Shown: piece after piece, positions 17,047 through 27,050 of the stretch
Layout: each line of letters opens with the position of its first letter
How positions within the stretch are numbered: the first letter of the stretch is position 1
DNA from: an uncultured Candidatus Saccharibacteria bacterium
GTDB taxonomy: Bacteria; Patescibacteriota; Saccharimonadia; Saccharimonadales; AWTP1-31
Direction of reading: 5' to 3'
Assembly: GCA_964643545.1 (NCBI GenBank)
Contig: CAZXTE010000004.1
Coordinates: 39,869-103,868 of the forward strand
DNA length: 64,000 bases
The notes under the pieces: generated by a model
Database searches by the model: none
What the model was told of the DNA's origin: nothing
What the model saw: only the letters and a program-made list of their open reading frames with translations
Made by a program: the position numbers and the translations under genes

Positions 17047-19515
17047 ATGAATAACTCACCAGACTTTCAAGAATTTTTGAACCACCTAACTGAGAATGCG
17101 CTCAATAGTTTGAAGCATGCAGACGGTATCGCTCGCAGTTTCGGGAGCGCTTATATTGGCACAGAGCACTTATTGCTTGGCGTGTTAGCTCAGGAGCCTA
17201 GTATGGGCGCGAAAATGCTAGAAGATGCTGGTGTTACGTTGGAGCGCGCTCGGCTAGCGCTGAATCTAACACCGAAGACAATGGTGATAAATATGGGTGC
17301 GAAAGGCCTGAGTGAAACTGCGAAGCTCACATTAAAGATGGCCTATGAGGTTGCGCAAGACTATTCACAGGATTTTTGTGGAACGGAACACATTGTGTAC
17401 AGCATTTTGACTCAGAAGAATGCCCGAGCGACGATTCTGCTACGGGATATGAATATAGATGTAGAGAACTTAACCAATCAAGTAGAGCAGTTTTTGAATA
17501 GACAGCAAGCAAGCGATGGATCTAGCAGTACGCGACGACGTGGGAAGAAACAGCGCAAGACGGCACTTGATTTCTTCGGGACAGATTTAACGGCCCAGGC
17601 ACGTGATCAAAAACTTGATCCTGTAGTGGGGAGAGAGCCACAAATTCGTAGGCTTATCACCATTCTCAATCGACGCACCAAGAATAACCCAGTATTGATT
17701 GGTGACCCAGGTGTTGGTAAAACGGCGATTGTTGAAGGACTTGCGCAGCGCATTATCTCGGAAGATGTCCCCGATAGTCTGCTTGATAAGCGTATTGTCA
17801 TGCTTGATCTAGCGGGTATGATCGCTGGTACAAAATACCGCGGTGAATTTGAAGAACGACTCAAAAAGGTTATGAGCGAACTAGAGAACGATCGTCACAC
17901 CATTATTTTTATCGACGAGATGCATTTAATTGTTGGTGCAGGTGCAGCAGAAGGAGCAATGGATGCGGGAAACATCTTGAAGCCTGCCCTTGCACGTGGC
18001 AAGATCCAGGTTATTGGGGCAACGACAACTGACGAATATACAAAGCACATTGAAAAAGATGCAGCACTAGAGCGTAGGTTCCAGCCAATTTTGGTTCCTG
18101 AAGCAACAGATGGAGAGACCCTGGCAATACTAAAAGGACTCCGTAAACATTATGAGAAATTCCATCATGTCACTGTCAGTGACGAGGTACTAGAAGATAC
18201 GGTCCGACTTAGTAGCCGTTATATCAACGATCGATTCATGCCAGACAAAGCGATTGACTTACTTGATGAGACTGCGGCGCATCTTCGTGTTGATAAGGGC
18301 AGGACATCACCCGAAGTTCGAAGTCTTCAGAAAGAATTAAAGCTTGTTCAGTCAAAAATTGATGAGGCTGTAGATAATGAGAACTATGAGAGTGCCGCTA
18401 AGCACAAAACACGTGCCAGCCAGATAGAGAAGGAACTGAAAGCGCTGCAAAGCTCTGGAAAAGTGGCAAATAAGCTTGTTATGCACAGCGACGATGTTGC
18501 TGAAGTTGTTGCGCGTTGGACAGGCGTGCCTGTGCAGAAAGTTATTCGAAGCGAAGCAAAGTACCTGCTAAATTTAGAAAAGACGATCGGCAAGCATATT
18601 GTTGGTCAGGATGAGGCAGTAACGGCCGTAGCGAAAGCAATTAGGCGTAGTCGCTCTGGGATTAGCAACGAGCGACGACCAATCGGTTCGTTTGTATTCC
18701 TTGGCCCAACGGGTGTCGGCAAAACCGAGTTGGCTCGTGTTTTGGCTCGAGAATTCTTTGGCAGCAAAGATGCACTTATCAAAATTGACATGAGTGAGTT
18801 TAGCGAACGTCACACGACGTCGCGTCTCGTTGGCGCTCCAGCAGGATATGTTGGTTACGATGAAGGTGGGCAGCTTACAGACAAAATTCGTAGGCAACCA
18901 TATAGTCTTGTGTTGTTTGACGAGATTGAAAAAGCGCATCCAGAGGTTTTTAACATCTTACTGCAAATACTTGAAGATGGTGTGCTTACAGATGCTAAGG
19001 GTCGACAGATTGATTTTTCCAACACCATTATTATTATGACGAGCAATGTTGGTGCAGAGAAGCTGCAACAAGAGGCAGTCCTAGGGTTCCAGGCAACGTC
19101 TAAAGCCGATCAAAAAGACCTAGATCAACTACACAGTCGGAATAAGGATAAAGTACAGGGCGAATTAAAAAAACTTATGCGTCCAGAATTGCTTAATAGG
19201 ATTGATAAGGTTGTGGTCTTCCGTGCATTAACCAAAAGGGATGCACTCCATATTCTTGATCTACAGATCGCCGAGTTACGAGAACGGCTCATTAAGCATG
19301 GCCTTGGCCTGGAGGTTGACGCAAAAGCCAAGAAACATCTACTACAGCAAGGTTACGATTCGCATAATGGTGTGCGACCTATGCGTCGTCTGTTGCAAGA
19401 CACTGTCGAAGATCATATTGCGCTGTCGCTTCTTGATAAGCTGTATGGTAAGGGCGATATTGTACAAATAGGCGTCCGAGACAAGGATCTTACGTACTCG
19501 TTAGCACAAGAGTAA
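17047..19515 (+). CDS. clpC: ATP-dependent Clp protease ATP-binding subunit ClpC (class I AAA+)
   Basis: 822 aa. Double Clp_N repeat, two Walker A sites ([16 protein letters not shown]), UVR-like linker ([23 protein letters not shown]), ClpB_D2-small C-terminus. Confidence 0.93.
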   Translation: MNNSPDFQEFLNHLTENALNSLKHADGIARSFGSAYIGTEHLLLGVLAQEPSMGAKMLEDAGVTLERARLALNLTPKTMVINMGAKGLSETAKLTLKMAYEVAQDYSQDFCGTEHIVYSILTQKNARATILLRDMNIDVENLTNQVEQFLNRQQASDGSSSTRRRGKKQRKTALDFFGTDLTAQARDQKLDPVVGREPQIRRLITILNRRTKNNPVLIGDPGVGKTAIVEGLAQRIISEDVPDSLLDKRIVMLDLAGMIAGTKYRGEFEERLKKVMSELENDRHTIIFIDEMHLIVGAGAAEGAMDAGNILKPALARGKIQVIGATTTDEYTKHIEKDAALERRFQPILVPEATDGETLAILKGLRKHYEKFHHVTVSDEVLEDTVRLSSRYINDRFMPDKAIDLLDETAAHLRVDKGRTSPEVRSLQKELKLVQSKIDEAVDNENYESAAKHKTRASQIEKELKALQSSGKVANKLVMHSDDVAEVVARWTGVPVQKVIRSEAKYLLNLEKTIGKHIVGQDEAVTAVAKAIRRSRSGISNERRPIGSFVFLGPTGVGKTELARVLAREFFGSKDALIKIDMSEFSERHTTSRLVGAPAGYVGYDEGGQLTDKIRRQPYSLVLFDEIEKAHPEVFNILLQILEDGVLTDAKGRQIDFSNTIIIMTSNVGAEKLQQEAVLGFQATSKADQKDLDQLHSRNKDKVQGELKKLMRPELLNRIDKVVVFRALTKRDALHILDLQIAELRERLIKHGLGLEVDAKAKKHLLQQGYDSHNGVRPMRRLLQDTVEDHIALSLLDKLYGKGDIVQIGVRDKDLTYSLAQE

Positions 19516-19532
19516 TAGTTTATACTACACAC

Positions 19533-20507
19533 ATGACTCGAAAGAATCGCTCCGCACTGTTTGGTGGCGCAGTATCTTGTTTGATAATTGCGGGCAGCGT
19601 ATTCATGTTCTTCCAAAGGCAGGCCTTGTTAGACTGGTTTGCACTTAGAAATTATTCAGCACCCACACAGGTAGAAAGTTTGGCGCTACAGACGACAATG
19701 GATGCTTATGGGAAAAAAATATTCTATGTTAACCGACCGCAAGTACAGGATAAGGCTCAATTTTATGCAAGTTGTAATGAGAACGAAAAGACGGTTGTAT
19801 TAGGGTGTTACAAAAGTAACGAAGGTATATTTTTGTTGCAGGTTACCGATGCTCGACTCAAAGGGGTGGAGGAGGTCACAGCAGCACATGAAATGTTGCA
19901 TGCAGGCTATGAGCGCCTTGGCGGAACAGAAAAAGCTGACGTGCGGCGTATGGTGCTTGCTGCTTATGACCAGCTTGTTGACCCCGGTATTAGGGAAAAG
20001 ATTGATCTATATAAAGCTGCGAACGCAGATATACCAAACGAGCTTCATTCAATCTTAGGTACTGAAGTCGAAGACTTGCCTGCAGGATTAGAGCAGTATT
20101 ACCGTAAATACTTCACTAATCGCAAGCGTGTCGTAACTTTCGCGAACACCTACAAGGCTGAATTCCAAAAAAGAAAAGACACACTTAATGATTACAATGC
20201 GAAATTAGACAATTTGCAGCGCGAAATCGAAAGCAACAACAGCGTGCTTGATGGGCAAATAGGCGTACTGGAGAGTGAGCAGAAGCGCCTCAGTAGTCTT
20301 CGTGCATCTGGAGATATTGCAACATACAATGCAAGTGTAAACCCATACAATCAGAAAGTTAGCACCTATAACGCACTTGTTAGCAAAACAAGAGCCATGA
20401 TTGATACATACAAGGCGCTTCTCGAACAGCGTAATCAAGTGGCCGAGGAGGCACAAGAATTAACACGCGCATTGGATAGTCGAATATTCACTCGGGAACA
20501 ATTGTAG
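19533..20507 (+). CDS. Hypothetical membrane-anchored protein with HExxH motif and C-terminal coiled coil
   Basis: N-terminal TM helix (GGAVSCLIIAGSVFMFF). AAHEMLHAGYE is a candidate zinc-protease motif. Heptad-like C-terminal third. TATACT-N6-ATG start context. Confidence 0.5.
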   Translation: MTRKNRSALFGGAVSCLIIAGSVFMFFQRQALLDWFALRNYSAPTQVESLALQTTMDAYGKKIFYVNRPQVQDKAQFYASCNENEKTVVLGCYKSNEGIFLLQVTDARLKGVEEVTAAHEMLHAGYERLGGTEKADVRRMVLAAYDQLVDPGIREKIDLYKAANADIPNELHSILGTEVEDLPAGLEQYYRKYFTNRKRVVTFANTYKAEFQKRKDTLNDYNAKLDNLQREIESNNSVLDGQIGVLESEQKRLSSLRASGDIATYNASVNPYNQKVSTYNALVSKTRAMIDTYKALLEQRNQVAEEAQELTRALDSRIFTREQL

Positions 20508-20528
20508 TCTGGTACACTGGTTGTATCT

Positions 20529-21878
20529 ATGGGGAAACAGAATGTTGAGTTTGCATGCACGAGCTGTGGTGCCAAAAGCAGTACCTGGTCAGGACGGTGT
20601 CATGTGTGTGGTGAATGGAACACCCTACAAGAGCAAACGCCGCTCGTATCTGTAAGAACAGGCAAGGGAAGAGCTATAAGTCTATCAACTCAGAATGTGC
20701 AGGGGGCAATAAAAAGCGATAAAGTGCCTCGCTTACAGACCAATGTTACAGAAGTTGACGTAGTGCTTGGCGGGGGGTTCGTGCCCGGGAGCATAAGTTT
20801 GTTTGCCGGCCAGCCCGGTATCGGCAAGAGTACGCTGTTGCTCCAGCTCGCAGATGCTGTCGCGCATAATCATTCTGTATTGTATGTCAGTGGCGAGGAA
20901 TCAGTTCATCAGGTGGCCCTACGTGCGGAACGGCTGAAAACTTCGTCTGCAAAACTACAGCTTGCAACAGCCTCGTCTGCCGACGATATTGCGCGCACTA
21001 TTTTATCGGGGGACTATAGTCTTGTGGTTGTTGACTCCATTCAGACGGTTAGCGTGGATGCAGTTGCATCGGCGCCTGGAACAGTGAGCCAAATCACAAA
21101 CAGTACCCACATTCTTGGTGAAGCAGCGAAAGCCAGCAACACTGCCCTAGTGCTTGTGGGCCATGTTACCAAGGAAGGCTCTATAGCTGGCCCGAAAGTA
21201 CTCGAGCACGTTGTAGACGTTGTTATGCAGCTTGAAGGTGATCGTTATGGTGGGTTTAAAGTGCTCCGGGGTGTCAAAAATAGATACGGATCAACTAACG
21301 AAACTGGCATTTTTGAAATGCACGATAACGGTTTGCAGCCAGTGGCAAATCCTTCCGCTGCATTGCTCGCAGAGCGGCAAGTGACTGATGGCTCTGTTGT
21401 CCTGGCGACGATCGAAGGAAGCCGACCCCTTCTCGTTGAGGTGCAGGCATTGGTGAATAAAACAAGCTATGGCTACCCAAAACGAGCAGCAAGCGGTATT
21501 GACCTTAATAGAGTTAATCTACTGGTGGCCATGCTAGAGCGTAGAACAAAATTAAATCTATCGGATCAAGATATATACATCAATATAGTAGGTGGCATTC
21601 GAATTAGCGAACCGGCTGCAGATTTAGCAGTTTGCATGGCCATTGCCTCGGCCAGTAAAGGACTACAGCTAAAAAAGAACGCCGCTGTCTTTGGCGAGGT
21701 AGGGCTCTCTGGCGAGATTCGTCATGTGCCATTTATAGAAAAGCGTGTAGCAGAAGCACGTAAGCTCGGTTTCAGCGGGGCGATAGGCCCTGTACAAAGG
21801 TCCGGGAAGAAACTTGCCGGTATGTACGGTGTTGCAGATATCCGCTCTGCACTCAATCAATTCCTAGAGAAAGACTAA
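20529..21878 (+). CDS. radA: DNA repair protein RadA/Sms
   Basis: C4 zinc finger (CTSCGAKSSTWSGRCHVCGEWNT), Walker A GQPGIGKST, KNRYGS motif, Lon-protease-like C-domain. Confidence 0.95.
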   Translation: MGKQNVEFACTSCGAKSSTWSGRCHVCGEWNTLQEQTPLVSVRTGKGRAISLSTQNVQGAIKSDKVPRLQTNVTEVDVVLGGGFVPGSISLFAGQPGIGKSTLLLQLADAVAHNHSVLYVSGEESVHQVALRAERLKTSSAKLQLATASSADDIARTILSGDYSLVVVDSIQTVSVDAVASAPGTVSQITNSTHILGEAAKASNTALVLVGHVTKEGSIAGPKVLEHVVDVVMQLEGDRYGGFKVLRGVKNRYGSTNETGIFEMHDNGLQPVANPSAALLAERQVTDGSVVLATIEGSRPLLVEVQALVNKTSYGYPKRAASGIDLNRVNLLVAMLERRTKLNLSDQDIYINIVGGIRISEPAADLAVCMAIASASKGLQLKKNAAVFGEVGLSGEIRHVPFIEKRVAEARKLGFSGAIGPVQRSGKKLAGMYGVADIRSALNQFLEKD

Positions 21879-21882
21879 ACTA

Positions 21883-24870
21883 TTAGGGTCCTGAGACGTT
21901 GACCGTTTTTCCTGTGCTGTCTTTCGCATAGGCACCACTGATGCTCACGACAGTGTAAGGCCCTCCTGTACAACCTGAACCCAAGGCGGAAGCACTACAG
22001 ATTGGGGTACCGTCAGACTTATAAACGGTAATTGTTCCAGTCCCACCACTTGTCCACCCAAAGTTATATTTAGTGGGCGTAACTTGTGTCGCAGTGACCG
22101 TGAAGCTAGAGCCTGCTGTGATGGTCTCGCTTGAACTTGTTGTGTCATAGAGGACGCTATCAACTATCTGGGCACTTATTGCTTTGCTACCAGTGAAATC
22201 GGGTGTGTACGTGAACGCTGCTAAGCCCGACCCAGGTCCATCAATATTGAACGATCTGATTGTTTGCCCATCTAGTATGTAATTCACCGTTCCTTTAAAT
22301 TTGTCAGAATTAATCGGGTGTGTACCTTGCGTGACGTTGACAGACAAGTTGTATGGACTAGACCCAGAGACGTTCAGCGATATGCCTGGTTTTGCATCGT
22401 CACATTTATGTACATCGTCCTTGTCGCTCGAGTTTGAGCCGGCTCCACCAACAAAACGGTCACCAGAGAAGGCATTGGCGCTGGCATCATTGATAGTTTC
22501 TTTTGCAAGGCCAGGCGTACATTCGGTAGCAAGCTTGTTAGACACTTTGTCGATTGTCTTTGGCTTGTTGTCTGTGCTGTTGTTGTTCTTGTACCATGAA
22601 GGGAACAGGTCACTACTTGGACTTGGTTCTACAGACCCAATGCCGACATGACTACGGATAACGTAGGCAGGTTTTGTTTGCAGGCCAGCAGGTTTCTCTC
22701 GGTCAAAGGCCGGAATGTTATCATGCGCTTTGTTCATCCAGCCCTGCCAAATCGGTTGCGTCATATTCTCCATAGTCCCAGACATAACTTTCTGTCTTGT
22801 GTGGTAGCCCACCCAGACGCCGGCTGCATATTGTGGTGAAAAGCCCATCATCCACCCATCTTTGTTGTCGTTTGTTGTCCCTGTTTTCATCGCAAATTTC
22901 CAGTTCTTGTAACGGTGCGGCTTGCGACCCGCAGGGAAGTAGCTCGCGTTTGGATCACTCATCATGTCAGAAACGATGTAGGCTGATTCTGCTCGTATGG
23001 CTTGCTCGCCTTTGCTTGCCTTCCACTGATCCACGACTTTACTGCCGGAGTCTGTTATTTTTAGAATATATGTCTGAGGAATGTTTAGGCCATTTCTAGA
23101 CAAGCTGCCATATGCATGGACGTGCTCGTCTAAGTTAAGGAAAGCTCCATCTCCGATGGCTGAGGATGCATAGCACGGTCCCTCTTTAGTATTTTGTTCG
23201 TCTTGGTAGCATTTATAGCCACTCTTGAGCCCCAGCTTCTCGGCTGTACTAATTGTCTTATCGATTCCGACAGTCAACATCGCTTTAATAGCAGGAACGT
23301 TTCGTGAGCCACCCAATGCATAGCGCAATGTAACTGGCCCAGGATAACGAAAATCATAGTCCCAAATGCAGTTAGCATTCTTGTCTGTTTTAGGGCTATT
23401 TTTATTTGTGCAGGGGTAGCCGTCGACGGGACCTTGTGTGTCGTAAAGGACAGAGCCTGCGCCAAAGTTGGTTGAGTGTTCTATAAGCGCTGCGTAATCA
23501 TATGGTTTAAAGCTAGAGCCAGGGGGTAGTGGGGACGTTGCATAATTGAATTGGCCAAATTCAGCATTGGTAAAGTCAGATCCACCAACAAGTGCCACCA
23601 TTTGCCCTGTCTTAACGTCTTCTGCCGCAAAAGCAGCAGTGTCACCACCTTGTCTGCGAACTTGTGCCATGCCCTTGCCCACTTGCTCCTCGGCGATAGC
23701 TTGCTTTTCCATATCAAGCGTTGTTGTTACAACCCAACCGCCTCGGCGCACTGTTTGGTCTCCAAATTTGTTTTCCAGCTGTTTCTTTGCAGCAAGCACA
23801 AACCAAGGTGCTTTGATGCCGGCGAATTTGGGTTGCGGCTCATGAATTGTAGCCAGCGTATCTACCTTTTTCGCGTCATCACGTTGCTGCTTTGTAATCA
23901 TCCCTTGCTGCTGCATCAGATCCAAGACGTAGTGTTGTCTCCCAATAAGCGCAGGCTTTGATTCTTCTGGGTTGGTTTTAAAGTACGCACCGTATGGTGA
24001 GTAGAATGAAGGTGACTTAGGTATGGATGCTAAAAATGCCGCCTCATCGAGAGTCAAATCTTTGGCAGACTTTTGGAAGTAGTCACGCGCTGCAGCTTCA
24101 ACCCCGTACTGGACATTCCCATAAGGAGCAGTGTTGAGATAACCGGCCAGGATTTCCTGCTTTGAATAGCTGCGTTCAAGTTCAACAGAAAGTATGAGTT
24201 CTTTTACCTTGCGTGTGTAAGATCTGTCTTTCGTCCAATTCTGGGTCAGTTTAACCAGCTGCTGCGTGATTGTAGAACCACCTTGTGTTCCTCCGCTCTT
24301 GCCGAAAACATTATTGACACCGGCTCTGGTGATGCCACGAACGTCAAAACCGCCATGCTTAAAGAAGTCTTTGTCTTCTACTGCAACAGTAGCTGCCTTA
24401 AGGAAGGGTGAGATCTCCTCATCCTTTACAGGAATGCGCTTTACTGCATCGTAATCTTCCCAGAGAAGTTGCTTACCAGTCCTGTCGTAATAACGAATAC
24501 TGCCCCCCAGGCTGTTCCCAGAGATGTCGCGTAGGTTGGGCAGATCTTTGCGAAAATATGCAAACAACCCAAGTAAAACAAGAAAACCGACTGCCAAACC
24601 AATACCCGTAAGCTTGAGTGCCATAATAGCGCCGTCGCGACTAAACCAATAATGATAAAGTCTCCGTGGCTGTAGGTGGTAGAGCGCTCGTTTAACCCTG
24701 GTTTTTGGCATGCCTGCCATGCGTGCTGCTTTGCGTTGTTCTTTGGCATCTTTCCCGTTTACCCAACGCGCAACGATGCCACGGTTAACCTTAAATGTCT
24801 GCCCGCTTCGCGTGGTGTGGTAGTTCTTGCCTCGGCGAGGTTTTCGAGTACTACCGTTAGATGCTGCCAT
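21883..24870 (-). CDS. Class A penicillin-binding protein (glycosyltransferase + transpeptidase) with long Ser/Thr/Gly-rich C-terminal extension
   Basis: GT51 motifs (EDKDFFKHGGFD, GGSTITQQLVK). Transpeptidase SxxK-region (GSSFKP), SRN (GGSRN) and KTGT (KTGTT). Basic cytoplasmic tail plus a TM helix at the N-terminus. Confidence 0.9.
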   Translation of the reverse strand: MAASNGSTRKPRRGKNYHTTRSGQTFKVNRGIVARWVNGKDAKEQRKAARMAGMPKTRVKRALYHLQPRRLYHYWFSRDGAIMALKLTGIGLAVGFLVLLGLFAYFRKDLPNLRDISGNSLGGSIRYYDRTGKQLLWEDYDAVKRIPVKDEEISPFLKAATVAVEDKDFFKHGGFDVRGITRAGVNNVFGKSGGTQGGSTITQQLVKLTQNWTKDRSYTRKVKELILSVELERSYSKQEILAGYLNTAPYGNVQYGVEAAARDYFQKSAKDLTLDEAAFLASIPKSPSFYSPYGAYFKTNPEESKPALIGRQHYVLDLMQQQGMITKQQRDDAKKVDTLATIHEPQPKFAGIKAPWFVLAAKKQLENKFGDQTVRRGGWVVTTTLDMEKQAIAEEQVGKGMAQVRRQGGDTAAFAAEDVKTGQMVALVGGSDFTNAEFGQFNYATSPLPPGSSFKPYDYAALIEHSTNFGAGSVLYDTQGPVDGYPCTNKNSPKTDKNANCIWDYDFRYPGPVTLRYALGGSRNVPAIKAMLTVGIDKTISTAEKLGLKSGYKCYQDEQNTKEGPCYASSAIGDGAFLNLDEHVHAYGSLSRNGLNIPQTYILKITDSGSKVVDQWKASKGEQAIRAESAYIVSDMMSDPNASYFPAGRKPHRYKNWKFAMKTGTTNDNKDGWMMGFSPQYAAGVWVGYHTRQKVMSGTMENMTQPIWQGWMNKAHDNIPAFDREKPAGLQTKPAYVIRSHVGIGSVEPSPSSDLFPSWYKNNNSTDNKPKTIDKVSNKLATECTPGLAKETINDASANAFSGDRFVGGAGSNSSDKDDVHKCDDAKPGISLNVSGSSPYNLSVNVTQGTHPINSDKFKGTVNYILDGQTIRSFNIDGPGSGLAAFTYTPDFTGSKAISAQIVDSVLYDTTSSSETITAGSSFTVTATQVTPTKYNFGWTSGGTGTITVYKSDGTPICSASALGSGCTGGPYTVVSISGAYAKDSTGKTVNVSGP

Positions 24871-24981
24871 ATAGTTTTACGACTCCTTATAATGTCTCTA
24901 GTATACCAAAAATGACAATAACAAGCTTCTAAAAACACGAGCAATATTAGGCACGGATAAAGATAGGTTATACTACCTATT

Positions 24982-26232
24982 ATGAGCACTATGACCCTAA
25001 GCGAAGAACTCGAATGGCGTGGTTTTATTAATCAGACCACATACAGAAATCTGCACGAACTAGATACTGCACCAAAGACGTTTTATCATGGGTACGATGC
25101 ATCGGCTGATTCGCAAACAGTCGGCAATCTAGCGGCAATGATGTTCGATAAAGTTTTTATGCGGCACGGCTGGAACGCCGTAATTCTTGCAGGGGGTGCC
25201 ACAAGCCTTATAGGTGACCCGGGCGGGAAAGATAGCGAGCGGCCGCTGCAAGACGAAAAGACTATTGCGCATAACGTTGCGTGCGCCGAGGAGCAGCTGC
25301 GCAAGGTTTTGTCGGGACACCCGTTTAGCATGGTGAATAATCTTGACTGGACTAAGGACTTAACGGTAATAGACTTTCTGCGTGATATCGGCAAGCACTT
25401 CAGTATGACGCCGCTAGTGCAACGTGACTACATAGCAAAACGCATAGGCGAAGGCAGCACCGGTATTAGCTATACCGAGTTCAGCTACAGCCTCTTACAG
25501 GCGCTCGATTACTTACATCTATACGACACTAAAAAAACGGTTTTGCAGCTTGGTGGCGCAGACCAGTGGGGTAATTGCCTCTCCGGAGTTGAGCTCGTTC
25601 GAAAGGCGCGTGGTGCTGAAGTTCATGTAATGACACTGCCTCTGATTATGAATAAAGTAACCGGTAAGAAGTTCGGCAAGAGTGAGCAGGGCGCCGTTTG
25701 GCTTGACCCAAATAAGACCTCACCCTTCGATTTTTATCAGTTCTGGTTGAATGTTGATGACGAGGGCGCCGAAGGTTATCTCAAGACGTTTACAGAGCTT
25801 GATAAAGATACGATAGATTCAGTTATTGCAAAATTTGAGCAAAATCGATCAGAACGATTTGCCCAAAAAACGCTTGCGTACGAGGTGACTAAACTTCTAC
25901 ATGGTGCCGATGTCGCCGATAAGACGCGTCAAGATAGCCAGCAGCTTTTCAGCAAAAAGCCGTTCGACAGTTTTACTGTTCAGGATTTTGAGCAACTAGA
26001 CATCCCACGGCACGCTGTCGCCCACGATGAGTCTTTGATTGACCTACTGGTTCGTACTGCGCTGGCATCCTCAAAGTCGGAAGCGCGACGTTTTTTGCAG
26101 GCCGGTGCAATATATATAAACGACGAGCAAGTATCTGCTGAGGTAACCGGACTGACAGAAGAGGACTTTAATGATAACTATGCAGTCTTGCGACGTGGGA
26201 AAAACAACCAGGTATTGTTGACTCTAAAATAA
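24982..26232 (+). CDS. tyrS: Tyrosyl-tRNA synthetase (non-canonical HIGH signature)
   Basis: Collinear with bacterial TyrRS (GGATSLIGDP, FLRDIGKHFS, TEFSYSLLQALDY, GGADQWGN, KFGKS, S4-like C-terminus). The HIGH position reads DSQTVGNL. Confidence 0.9.
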   Translation: MSTMTLSEELEWRGFINQTTYRNLHELDTAPKTFYHGYDASADSQTVGNLAAMMFDKVFMRHGWNAVILAGGATSLIGDPGGKDSERPLQDEKTIAHNVACAEEQLRKVLSGHPFSMVNNLDWTKDLTVIDFLRDIGKHFSMTPLVQRDYIAKRIGEGSTGISYTEFSYSLLQALDYLHLYDTKKTVLQLGGADQWGNCLSGVELVRKARGAEVHVMTLPLIMNKVTGKKFGKSEQGAVWLDPNKTSPFDFYQFWLNVDDEGAEGYLKTFTELDKDTIDSVIAKFEQNRSERFAQKTLAYEVTKLLHGADVADKTRQDSQQLFSKKPFDSFTVQDFEQLDIPRHAVAHDESLIDLLVRTALASSKSEARRFLQAGAIYINDEQVSAEVTGLTEEDFNDNYAVLRRGKNNQVLLTLK

Positions 26233-26252
26233 CTCGTGTATACTTAACCTTT

Positions 26253-27017
26253 ATGTCAAAACAAACGAAAAAAGCCGATCAATATAACGACCCAAAGCAC
26301 AACTATCTGCGCTACTGGGATGGTAGAGATTATGAAAACGCTGCTGAGCAACTGGCGATCAAGCGACTGTTAAAAGGCAAACATTTTAAGAATGCAGTTG
26401 ACATTGGAGGGGGGTTTGGACGGTTATGTATATTTCTTGAGCAATTTGCAGACTCAGTGACACTTGCGGAGCCAAGCCAACAACAGCTCGATATAGCCAA
26501 AACATACCTAAAAGACCACCCAGAGATTAAACAGCTTTTAACCCAGGCTGACGCAATCAAGCTAAAGGATAAGTCGATGGATCTTATTACTATGATTCGG
26601 GTCATGCACCACTTACCGAACCCCGCGACAGAATTTTCAGAGTTAAAACGAGTTCTGAGCGACGATGGCTATATTGTTTTAGAGCTCGCAAATTATGCGC
26701 ATGGGCGTAACCGACTGAAGTACTTCTTGAAGGGTAAAAGTTTGCCCGAGCAGCCAGTTGATATCCGTTCTTCAGAAAATCAAAGGGACGAAGAAATTGC
26801 TTTCGTAAACCATAACCCCAAGACAATCGTGAAGCAATTAGCACATGCAGGTCTTCGTGTCGAAAAGGTACTTTCGGTCTCGAATCTCCGATCGCCACTT
26901 CTTAAAAAGATTATGCCTCAGCCAGCTATGCTTGCAATAGAAAACGCACTACAGCCAACGCTTGCCAAAACGTATTTTGGGCCAAGTGTATTTTTTCTGA
27001 TCCGCAAGGCAAGTTAA
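26253..27017 (+). CDS. Class I SAM-dependent methyltransferase
   Basis: 254 aa. Motif I VDIGGGFGR and a post-I acidic residue pattern. Substrate unknown. Confidence 0.7.
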   Translation: MSKQTKKADQYNDPKHNYLRYWDGRDYENAAEQLAIKRLLKGKHFKNAVDIGGGFGRLCIFLEQFADSVTLAEPSQQQLDIAKTYLKDHPEIKQLLTQADAIKLKDKSMDLITMIRVMHHLPNPATEFSELKRVLSDDGYIVLELANYAHGRNRLKYFLKGKSLPEQPVDIRSSENQRDEEIAFVNHNPKTIVKQLAHAGLRVEKVLSVSNLRSPLLKKIMPQPAMLAIENALQPTLAKTYFGPSVFFLIRKAS

Positions 27018-27050
27018 CAGGCTGCATAGTGCCCAGCGTATACTATGGTC

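Noticed and set aside
24871-24981. T-box riboswitch leaders upstream of tyrS (also hisS at 30550-30570 and trpS at 63448-63531)
   Set aside because: The upstream regions are only 21-111 nt. The -10 boxes sit 7-11 nt from the ATGs. I saw no T-box consensus, specifier hairpin or terminator.
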